DNA of 61,913 nucleotides from Catajapyx aquilonaris (lineage: Eukaryota). The DNA is taken from NCBI GenBank assembly GCA_000934665.2, contig KZ537992.1, forward strand, positions 124,001 through 185,913, read 5' to 3'. Below the pieces are notes generated by a model. The model did not search any database. It saw only the letters and a program-made list of their open reading frames with translations, and was not told the DNA's origin. Shown here one piece after another: positions 1 to 10,079 of the stretch. The position numbers and the translations under genes were made by a program. The number at the start of each line of letters is the position of its first letter. Position 1 is the stretch's first letter.

Positions 1-29
1 GTTGCCTGTTGGCATGTTCATTTAATAAG

Positions 30-370
30 AAATAACTGAACATGCCAGCAAGTGTGCATCTACACAAATAAAAGGCGAAGTTTGTTTGTTTATCAATTTC
101 ATACCCATTTTTTAAGTTTTCTAATAGAATTATTTTATTGGAAAACTAAAAGTGGGTATGAAATTGCCAAACAACCTTTGCCTTTTATATGTGCACTACT
201 GGCATGTTCAGTTATTTAGACTCAAATGGATATGAAGTTGTCCAACAAACAAACGTTGCCTTTTATACGTGTAGATACACACTGCCATGTTCATTAGTGA
301 CTCATATGGGCATGGTCCAAACGAACAAGCTTTGCCTTTTATATGTATAGATGCAGACTGGACACTTTGC
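30..370. repeat. Inverted plus tandem copies of an ~85-bp unit
   Basis: aaataactgaacatgccag (30-48) is the exact reverse complement of 199-217 and the arms continue imperfectly inward. Further direct copies of ttgccttttata..gt..a.at.cac occur at ~257 and ~332. Confidence 0.7.
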
Positions 371-1169
371 AGCCATATATTTCTTCCTCTTGCAAAGTGG
401 AAGATATTGTGTGATGTGTGGAAGTGTGTGTGGGTGGGTGGCCACGTTGGCACTTGGCACACACCCAGTCTTTTTTCCCCTCCCAGCTCCTCCTCCTCCT
501 CCAGAGCTGCAGACTTAACCTTAAACGCCCCACGCCCAATGCCACACCAATCTTTGAGCTGAGGGCCACTCTTTTGCATAAGCCAGAATTAGATTCCGTC
601 CTGAAAGACCCCCCCTGGTCTCAAGTAACGGGGGCAGACGTGAGCACAGATTCGATTTCAAACAGAGGTCACAAGGGTCATGCCATTCTAACACCACCAC
701 CCACCCAACGAAAAATACTAAAAAGTATCGGACAATGTGTAGAATTGGCACTCTGTCCGCGGCGAGTCATCACATGCCCCCCCCCCTGAGAGTGGCAATA
801 CGGCTATTCAATACGCCATCTTTTGTGATGGTTATGGTACAGTGTTGGCCAATAGTATAGGGATAAAAGAAACCTAAAGGGCCCATCTGCATCCAAAGGA
901 ATGCGAGCAGAAAATGCATAAATAGGAAATGACACATCCTTCTTTTATTTTTTGCGAGCGAAATCTGCGCTGCTTGGAATCTGAAGCAGCTTTATTTTTT
1001 GTGTGTCTCCAGCCTGTGGCGGCCTCTCATCCTTCAGCTTCATATGGGCTGCACTGCCAACCAGGGTTTGACCTCACACCCTCCAAGCAGCCACGCCAAG
1101 CCCCCCACCAACCACCACCTCCAGTCCTCCTCCTTCCTTCCTTTTTTTTTTTTCCTCCACATCTTGGAT

Positions 1170-1291
1170 GTTGTATCTTGAGGACACTCTCTACTAGTGG
1201 GAGAGCAGCAGTGCGAAGGAAAAGTTCAAGCTCACTTTCCATCCCGCATAGCCGGGGAATAACATCCGGATCTTCTGCCCCAATAAAAACT
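1170..1291 (+). other. Candidate non-coding first exon of SPARC (start approximate)
   Basis: The SPARC ATG lies 7 nt after an acceptor (ttgcag, 4334-4339), so an upstream UTR exon is implied. A consensus donor GTAAGT at 1292 follows a pyrimidine/CCT-rich region. Confidence 0.3.
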
Positions 1292-1440
1292 GTAAGTAAT
1301 TTTCATTTCAATTTGTCACATGATATAATCTGCAAAAAATGTAGTTTTTGAAAAAAATTAACAAATCATTATTAACCGAAAATATTTAGCGCGTAGCTCA
1401 TGGTCAGAAAAGGATATCGTTTCGTTTTTACTGCGCTTTT

Positions 1441-1625
1441 TGGGATAGGATAGGAAATGAATTCGGCGGCTGTGGCCTATTATTTAAGGAAACAACTCCG
1501 GAATTCTCCTGGAGGAACCGTGGGAAACAACAGAAAGCCAGAGTTGCCGGCACCGGGATTCGAACCCAGGACCTCCCGATTAGCAGTCGGATACCATATC
1601 CCCTCGCGGCCACCACTGCTTCGGT
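1441..1625 (-). mobile_element. tRNA-derived SINE, copy 1
   Basis: Minus strand has a B box GGTTCGAATCCC, an anticodon-like arm tccgaCTGCTAAtcggg and a body ending aggccacagccgc. Homologous to copies at ~8200 and ~29700. Confidence 0.85.
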
Positions 1626-3716
1626 GTTGCCATGTTAATAACGGTAGTGTTGTCATTGTAGCCCGTTGCCATGCAAACTTTGTTGTTGCCGTATTAATAA
1701 CTTTCTCGCCTTGGCAACCAAACCGAGCTATCACGGCAACAAGTTAACATGGCAACGGATTGCAGTGCTAACTTGCGCTGTTGCCAACAGGTTAGCTCAC
1801 TGCAATCCGTTGCCGTGTTAAGGTGTTGCTTTGGTGGCCCGCCATTGGGACCATGGGAAGATGTTGCCATGATAAGCGGTGTTAACTTGTTGTTGCCATG
1901 TCCAGTCCGTTGCCATGGTGACAAAACGTCCTAACCTGGACAAACAAACTAGCGAATCTCTTCGTCTTTTATAATATAACAAGAGATTTAAGGTAATGTT
2001 ATTCGCAACTACGGTAAATTCTTTCCGGTGCATTTTGGATTCAGCGAAATATAATGATGCGAAATTTTCGGCAGATATTTTAGCAATTTAGCGTGTAGTG
2101 CGGTATAAATATAAGGTGTGATGTAATGGTTGTTGTGGTAGGCACGAGCCAAAAAAAAAAAAAAATATCGCGTGTCACGAACCGCAATTATTTTTTTTTC
2201 TCCCCCCACATTAGCGAACCTTCCTTTTTTTTTTGCGGTAATTTGGTTGTGAGCCAAAGTGTGGCGGTTTTGTGCAGCATCCTTCGCCGAAAAGAATGCC
2301 ATTCGATGCCACACATTTTTTTTGTTGCAGTTCTTATTTTCAAGTCATTCAGCATAGTGGTGTGATTTGGGTCAGATTTTTTAAATATATACTTGATTAT
2401 TTGCGCCTGCTAATTACAAATTGGGTGCGGTGTCCCATACGAATCTGTGAACCTCATTTTTGAAACATTCAAAAAAAAAAAATCTTAATTGTGAAGTTCC
2501 TCTCATAGATGGCGCATCCTCCCTCTCTGTAAAGTGCTGCTACCCTGCGAGTGGTGGTGGTACTACACTCGGACAGACAGAGTCACACACTCGAGCCAAT
2601 TATATACGATCCAAATTTCTCAGTACTTGACATTTTTAGGCGAACGATGCAAGGACAGGGCAATGATAATAATGAGGGAAAAAAAAGAAGTGCTATCATG
2701 TTTATGTGGAAGTGGAAGTTCTGATTACATCCAAAAGGAAGTCCATCCCATACAGAAAAAGGCACATCAAGGAAGTCGCCTTCTCTCCTCATAGTCTGTA
2801 GGCTGCAGCTGTGCCACTTTTTCCTCCCTCTAGCCCCCTGTCTAATAATAGGCGTTAGTTTATGCCTCCAGCTATAACGTGGGAGAGCACATGTCGCGTT
2901 TTATTAACCCAGCAATTGCGGTGACATCACTTTTTTTTTCTTCCTTATTCTTCTTGTAGCCTATCGGTTTACAATGGTCTTTTTTTTTTTTTTTTAACAT
3001 GGCGATAATGGGACAATGGCAAGTGTGGCCAAGTCGTAAAAAATAAAGATCAGGAGTTGAAAAATATGTTATGGTTGAAACATGCTCCAGATGAAGGGTG
3101 TTAGGTTACGACCCTGGATATGTTACGTAATGAGTTTATCACTTTTTTTTTATACAGTATACTGTCGCCAAGGGTAAATTCATGTTTTCGTCTGATAAAA
3201 CTATGAGACGCCAAATGTGGAGCAGAAATTACTAGAAAGAAACCTGATATTTCATCCTGACTAGTAATAATTTCATATGATTTTTGTGAGCATTTCCAGT
3301 ATTTTTTCCAGACAATGTTACTTCAGCTCCATAGTTTGTAATACACCAGAGGAAATTTTGTTCTCAGTTTCCTTTCCTTTATTTTTTTTTTGTGTGTCAT
3401 GAGTTCCCCCTGCTGTGAAAGGGGAAGTAAGGATATTCCTGAGCCTCTTTTTGAAGCCCCCCTCTTGATGATGGCCCTCCCTAGCTCTGCCAGTAAAGAA
3501 CCAGTCGTCCTTGGAAATCCCCCCACCACCAAACCAAACACTGTGTTTGTGTGAGAGAGAGAGAGAGAGCTTGCTCCTATTTTTCTTCATAATATCAGAA
3601 GGACACATACATCTGACTAATTTTTGCAGTTGTCACAAGTCCACTGAAACATATTGCACAATTACAATGATGGATTAAATGAGCCAATACTTATTTATAA
3701 CATTATTGTCCATTGT

Positions 3717-4003
3717 TCAGCTTCTGAACTGTTATGAAGTGTCAAAAACAATATTTGTCAGCTTCTGAACTGTTATGAAGTGTCAAAAATAATGTTTTTC
3801 AGCTTCTGAACTGTTATGAAGTGTCAAAAACAATATTTGTCAGCTTCTGAACTGTTATGAAGTGTCAGAAATAATATTTGTCAGCTTCTGAACTGTTATG
3901 AAGTGTCAAAAATAATATTTTTCAGCTTCTAAACTGTTATGAAGTGTCAAAAATAATATTTTTCAGCTTCTGAACTGTTATGAATAAGTGTCAAAAATAA
4001 CAT
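3717..4003. repeat. 41-bp minisatellite, 7 copies
   Basis: CAGCTTCTGAACTGTTATGAAGTGTCAAAAA(C/T)AATATTT(G/T)T starting at 3718, 3759, 3800, 3841, 3882, 3923 and 3964. Confidence 0.95.
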
Positions 4004-4346
4004 TTTGCATTTTGCATGTGAAATCATATAATAATGCACCATTGTTGACTTCAATTTTTTGGCAAACCGTTGCAACGGTTGGGTCGTACTCCAGCTTCTT
4101 TGTATGATGAGAGTGCGGCTTTTTTTTTTACCTGCGGCTAGAGATGGTCCGGCTGAGAAATGCAGAGGCAGACACCTAGGCGTGACTTGAATTAGTATAA
4201 GAAAGGGGCAAAAAAAATATATATGCCTCAGGGGCTTGTTGCATGCCACGGTCCTTATTTAGGAGTAGGTGGCGTAATTGGACAGTTTGTAGGTTATGCG
4301 GTTAGTACTTGAAGATTACATGTGTATTGCTCATTGCAGAGTCAAC

Positions 4347-5568
4347 ATGAAGTGGACATTTCTACTTTTTGCCATCGTGCTGATGGCACTCGTCGTAGAT
4401 GCGTCAGGCGAGAAGATTGTAAGTTCAGTTCTGAGATGGTTAGTAGTTGTTTTTTAACCTAATTTATAACGTTGCAGAGGAAGCACAAGAAGTACAGGGT
4501 GCACAAAAAGGAGAAGACTCCACTGCCTGTAGAGAAAGAGGAGACGGCTGATGCGGTGGAAGATGATATTGCAATGTTGGAAGCGGATGAGCAGGCAGAA
4601 AAGGAGGAGGAAAAGGAGGATGAGCCTCAGGTTCCAGCCGAGGAAGCAATTCCAGGAGGATACGATGCGGTTCCAAAGGGTAAGCTGATAACGCAATGTT
4701 TTGTGCTGATGCAAGGTATACTTATCATAAATTATGTGACATTTGCAGACCCATGTGTGGACATGATTTGTGGAGCGGGACGTGAGTGCACAGTGGACGA
4801 TAAGGGCAAGGGTAAGTGCGACTGTGTCCGCTTCTGCCAGCTGGAGAACGACCCGAGGCGTAAAGTGTGCAGCAATCACAACGAGACTTGGGACTCCGAT
4901 TGTGACCTGCACAAGATGCGGTGCCTCTGCAAGAAGGGCGCTTCAGACTGCTCCTCCGCAGACTACGAACATGTTCACATCGAATACTACGGAGAATGCA
5001 GGGACATGCCTGTAAGTAAAATGCTGATTACAAATGCGCACTTGCAAACAAAAACCTATTGCAGGAGTGCACCAAGGAGGAGATGCTGGACTTCCCTCGT
5101 CGCATGCGTGACTGGCTCTTCAACATAATGCGTGATCTGGCTGACCGTCGTGAGCTCAGCTCCCACTACTTGAAGCTGGAGCGAGAAGCTGAGAGCGACC
5201 AGACCCAAAAGTGGGCCAACGCGGCCATCTGGAAGTGGTGCGAACTGGATGACCATCCTCACGACCGTGTTGTGTCTCGCCATGAGCTCTTCCCCATCAG
5301 GGCACCTCTGCTGGCCCTTGAGCACTGCATCGGACCATTCCTGGACAACTGCGACTCCAACGATGACCACTTCATCACACTGGAGGAGTGGGGCACTTGC
5401 CTGCAACTAGATGCGGTTAGCAATCAATTAATTACTGACACTTGCTCTGTTACGTACAATCGGCAACTAATTATTACATCTTAATATTTTCAGAATGAAC
5501 TAGCCAACAAGTGCGAGGAGATTCGCGAAGAAGAATCTCAGGACGAGTTCAATGATGGCAACCAATAA
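4347..5568 (+). CDS. SPARC: SPARC / osteonectin / BM-40, 320 aa; exons 4347-4418, 4478-4679, 4749-5011, 5065-5415, 5494-5568
   Basis: Signal peptide MKWTFLLFAIVLMALVVDA; acidic domain (EADEQAEKEEEKEDE); follistatin/Kazal domain (DPCVDMICGAGREC...KVCSNHNETWDSDCDLHKMRCLC...HVHIEYYGEC); EC domain with DFPRRMRDWL and EF-hands (CELDDHPHDRVVSRHEL, CDSNDDHFITLEEWGTCL). Four GT-AG introns (59, 69, 53, 78 nt) keep the frame; total 963 nt ending in TAA at 5566-5568. Confidence 0.97.
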
Positions 5569-6001
5569 ACAAGCAAATTAATTGCCATCGGTGGCGCATT
5601 TTAAAATGCAATTAATTATACCAATGGTGCTACATTTTTAAAATACATTTTTTTTCCCCCACAGTTAACAGCGTACCTCCGTTTGAGGGTATTTTTCCAA
5701 TGGAATTTATAATAATTTTTTTTTTAAAATACATGCAAGATGCATTAGCCATACGCACTGCCAATGTATGGAAACCATTTTTACGAGTTCTATTGCCATT
5801 ATTTTGTAACAACACTGCCAAAGTTATTGTTCTTTTTTTTTGTTACCCGATTGGGTAAGTTCCTTGTAGTTTGTAGATAAGCCTTACGTGCCATGGAGAA
5901 GAAAAAAAAAAGTACTTCAAAAAATACCTTCCGGATACAATTGGATAGATTAATAATGCGCCTTTTGTTAGATGATTCCGAGTGATTTTCACAGTTTCTG
6001 G

Positions 6002-6007
6002 AATAAA
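6002..6007 (+). terminator. Likely SPARC polyadenylation signal
   Basis: AATAAA ~430 nt after the stop, followed by GT-rich ggtttgtgtttg. A second AATAAA overlaps the stop codon (5564-5569). Confidence 0.5.
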
Positions 6008-7860
6008 TTATGAGATGAATGGTTTGTGTTTGATATGTGAATCCTCGGGAATATTTTATATTACAGCAATTGTTAGCAATTGTCTGGATCCGCTGGCCTG
6101 TCTCATGCTTTGACTGTCAGGAAATTCAGCGTCAGACATGATCATTGTTATGTCATTGTCATTTTCACCTGCCAAGCAACAAATGAAGCCGAGGGGCAAC
6201 TCACTCGGTAGTTGAGTGTACAACGGACTTGGCGGTCATGTGGTGTTCCCCAGGAGGTTAGGTTGTCTCATAATGCTACTGCCGAGATCATTAGCCAATA
6301 AGTCAGACCATAAATATTATTGAACATGGCTATTATATTCTGGTTCTGGTGTAAACAATCTGTAGCTGACATGTGCACATTGCTTTAAACATTGAAGGAC
6401 CAATTTATTATTTGTTGATAAAAATTCTTTTTAGGCCTACTGTTGTTCCCACCTAACAACAATAAATGGCAAGGTTGTCGGTCTCTTTAATTTTTGTTCG
6501 TTTGCGAAACATAGGCTATTGAATTTGTCCTCGGGCTTGATTTGTAATATTTTATTTTTAGGCGATGACCCACGGATAATCCGCACCCGCGGTTAACTGC
6601 TTTTGGTCGTAGGTCGCAGCGGGGGTTGGCCATCTAAGGGGGCACTTCTCTGTGTCTGATAAAATGTTATTGTAAAGTGTTGTGTTTGCCACTATTTAAA
6701 TGCCGTGTTTTTATACCGCATTTATCTGACAACAGAAAAGTTCGTGTTGGGTATCAGTCAATGACTCTTGTTAATTAGTCGTTAATTTTGACGTTCACTT
6801 TGTTTTTCTTGTTGTCGTAATGCCAGGTTACTTTGAGTGACAGTGCCATTCATTGAAATGCTTCACACGTCGCTGTAATATCACATTGAAGCAGAAAGTA
6901 TTTGTGTAGGGAATCATCATGAAAGTAAAGAGATGTGGATTTTACAAAGTGATGATGCTGGACATGCAAAAGGTCATCAGCCTAATTGATTGAATATTGT
7001 TTCCTCGAACGTGCATATTTTTCAGTTACTCAAGCCAATCCTACACTACTACTGTATGTCGCATGATATTGCAAATTTCGTATGTCGCCGCCACTAAAAT
7101 GACGGCCAGTGTAATTATTATGATTGTTTTCAGATGTCAGGCTTCGGAGCAGAAGAGAGTGGTAAATTCTGATCGTCGGATTTCATAATCATTGTTATTT
7201 GTATTGTTGATGTTCCTCGTCTCCCTATTCTTTATACCCTATTGCACCTATACCCACCCTGGGCCCAGAAGTAATTTGATGTGCATGCTATTTGTAACTC
7301 TGTCAAATTAACTGGCATTCTGGAGTGACTGATAATAACATGAAAACTGAGTTATCATAACCAGCTGGTTGTAACATTGTTTGTAACGCGCCTGCGGAAA
7401 CATAATGTTACAAGTCACCGCAATAATGATTTTAAGGCAAGATGTGGAACAAATCACGTGATGATTGCATAAACGACAGGCCATTCCTGCTGCCTATTTC
7501 TTTAAATTTTCAGAGAGATACAATAGGCTAATCACATGGAATGTAACAAATATGTCATTTGTTACGCCATGTTAAGATCTATCTCAATTTTTATGCAGTT
7601 GAGGAACACATAGACCTCTCATGAAATTTAACAAATATTACTCAGCAATATGTAGATAATATGTAGATGATTGTGTGACTAAAATGGCTACCAGACGAGT
7701 AACTAATTTTACAGCTATTCTTCTGCAATTAGTCCCATTTTGCAAACTGGCATTTTTCGTAATTACATGCATGCTTCCTTGACACTGACTTTTATCTGCT
7801 ATTAAGACTGTTCTTGGATAAATGCACTGAAAAAGCTATTTTTCTCCCATGGTAACACTG

Positions 7861-7959
<99 letters not shown>
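7861..7959. repeat. Compound microsatellite (CAA)n(TAA)n
   Basis: Direct reading. Confidence 0.97.
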
Positions 7960-8379
7960 TTTATTTATTTATTTATAGGGGATTCCCCTTGAGACCAATT
8001 AGCCCGCGAATTGGCCAATGCAGGGGGAGGAGATCTCCTCCACTTTTCTAACTTTACAATCTCACCGGTGCAGGGACAGGGAAGGGATAAAGGGACAGGG
8101 AGGGACAAAGGTGCAGTGCATTGTCCTGTGGTGGGGGCCGTGTGCAGTCCCTCAGGGGGCCAAGCTTAGACACCCCCCTAGGCGCCACCGACACCGCGCC
8201 TCCTCCAGGGAAAGGAAGGAAGCGGCTGTGGCCTATTTAACGGTACGATCCCGGGATTTCCCTGGAGTGACCTTGGAAAACCACAGAAAACCAAGGTCAG
8301 GACCGCCGGCCTCCGGGACTCGAACCCAGGACCTCCCGATTAGCAGTTGGACACCATATCCACTACACCACTACTGCTT
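7960..8379 (-). mobile_element. tRNA-derived SINE, copy 2, with extended 3' part and (TAAA)n tail
   Basis: A box TGGTGTAGTGG, B box GGTTCGAGTCCC, shared body ggttttctgtggttttcc...aggccacagccgcttccttcc. (TTTA)n at ~7960-7976 on +. Flanked on both sides by (TAA)n. Confidence 0.8.
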
Positions 8380-8382
8380 AGG

Positions 8383-8383
<1 letters not shown>

Positions 8384-8462
<79 letters not shown>

Positions 8463-8463
8463 C
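8384..8463. repeat. (TAA)n microsatellite
   Basis: Direct reading. Confidence 0.97.
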
Positions 8464-9239
8464 AGCTTAATACTTTACTCAATTTTAATTCACTCCTGTT
8501 GAAACATGTTTGTTGTGAATTTCCTTGATCGCCTTTCATCCTGTAGAACGAAAGAGCACATTTTGAAGTTTTTATTGCACGGAGAAAAGTTGGTTCCGCA
8601 CATTGCACACCAGACATGCTGGCCAGGGTGTGGAGAGAATTGAACTATTATTGCCTTGATGTGTGTCGTGTGATGAAAGGTGCTCATATTGAGCGCTTGT
8701 AAGTGTACGTGCAATAAAAACTTCAAAATGTGCTCTTTCATCGTTCTGTGTCTGTCTTGTCATTGCACACGTTTTTGCAGTAAGAAGAAAGCATGTGTAA
8801 TTGCTTTCAATTTGAGTAAGAAAATAATAATGTCCAGGGAGATAATTATGTGCATATACCGGTATGGCTTGGATATATATTGTAGGTCGATATCAATTGT
8901 AAATTGCATTTCCTGTGTTTAATCTTGCTCATTTTCAGATCAGCGCTCAGGTACGTGCAGGTACAGAGATGCACAAGTGTTTTTGGTGCGCATTTTCTGA
9001 TAACACCATGGTGTGATTGAAGTGCTTGGAAATTGTGTTTTGTCTGATCCTGCCGTATGTAGCCTACGTTGTAATATTATGACAAATAATGGGGCCGTTC
9101 AGACGGGCCAAGCTTAGGCGCGGCTGCGACGGTTCACACCTGGCAAGCCACGGCCAGGCCACGGCTTTGAAACTCAGTTGAGAAAATCTGAAAAGAAACG
9201 TCTGGAGACTTTACACACCCATGTTCTTAAAAACCATGA

Positions 9240-9245
9240 TTTATT
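9240..9245 (-). terminator. Likely H2A.Z polyadenylation signal
   Basis: AATAAA on the - strand ~835 nt past the stop, with GT-rich tgggtgtgt downstream. Consistent with a polyadenylated, replication-independent histone variant. Confidence 0.45.
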
Positions 9246-10079
9246 TCCTTTTTTTTTTTTTCCTTTATGAAAGAAAGGGGCTACAGAATAATACTTTTGC
9301 CACTCGAAAAAAAAAAAACTAGTTCCAACACAAAGTTGTACGACTCTAAAGTCTTCATTCTTAACTTTTTAAGCTTTAAAAATGTACCAATTACAAATAG
9401 ATGGGGAACTGACAATGATTTCATTCTGTTTCTCAACAAAACAGGGAATGACGCTAAGTGAACACACTCCAGACTTTTGAAAAAAATAAAAGTCCAGAAC
9501 ATGACTTAATCTAAATACATATGATTCGGAGAAAACGCTTCAGGGGGGGGAATATGGGGGGTACAGAAAAAGTTGTACTGCACTCAAAAGCTTGTGAACA
9601 AGCTCGTATCGATTACATGGTCATAAAGGACATACATAGACCTTGCTGATTTTTTTTTAAAAAAAGAGGGGGAGGCAGGGATACAAAAAAAAAAAATGAC
9701 AGTGTGCATTTTACATCAAAGAAATGTGAACTTGGGANGGGGGGGGAAACCCTTTTTCGCTGCCATTGCCTCCAAAACAGCAACAACCTCTTTTCCTTTT
9801 CTTTTTGAGATTTTCCCCCCTTCCCTGAAATGTGCAGACTTGACAAGTACTGGTATGAAACACACTTCCACTTACTTTGAAAAAAACAAAATATAGAAAA
9901 GAATAGAAAGGGAAAAAAAAAAAAAACTTTTTATCCTGCGCTCGCTTTTCACCTGATGATTGGGAGGAGAGGGGGATGTCTTTTTGCTCTTTCTTGCGTG
10001 TGGGTGGGTCTGTACACTCGGCAGGACTTAACGTTTCCCAAAGGTGAAGAGCTTTTGGTAGGGGGCGCTGATCAGGTTC

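Noticed and set aside
3717..4003. CRISPR-like array
   Set aside because: Units are contiguous with no unique spacers, the context is eukaryotic, and there are no cas genes.
4454..5406. Minus-strand ORFs 4454-4912 and 5056-5406
   Set aside because: Antisense shadows of SPARC exons.
8018..8470. ORFs with poly-Ile/Tyr/Leu/Ser runs (also at 25 kb and 27.3 kb)
   Set aside because: Translations of microsatellites and SINE sequence.
7134..8950. Isolated micro-exon-like AG...GT segments near 7134-7161 and 8939-8950
   Set aside because: They lie beyond the SPARC poly(A) signal with no coherent ORF; such motifs are expected by chance.
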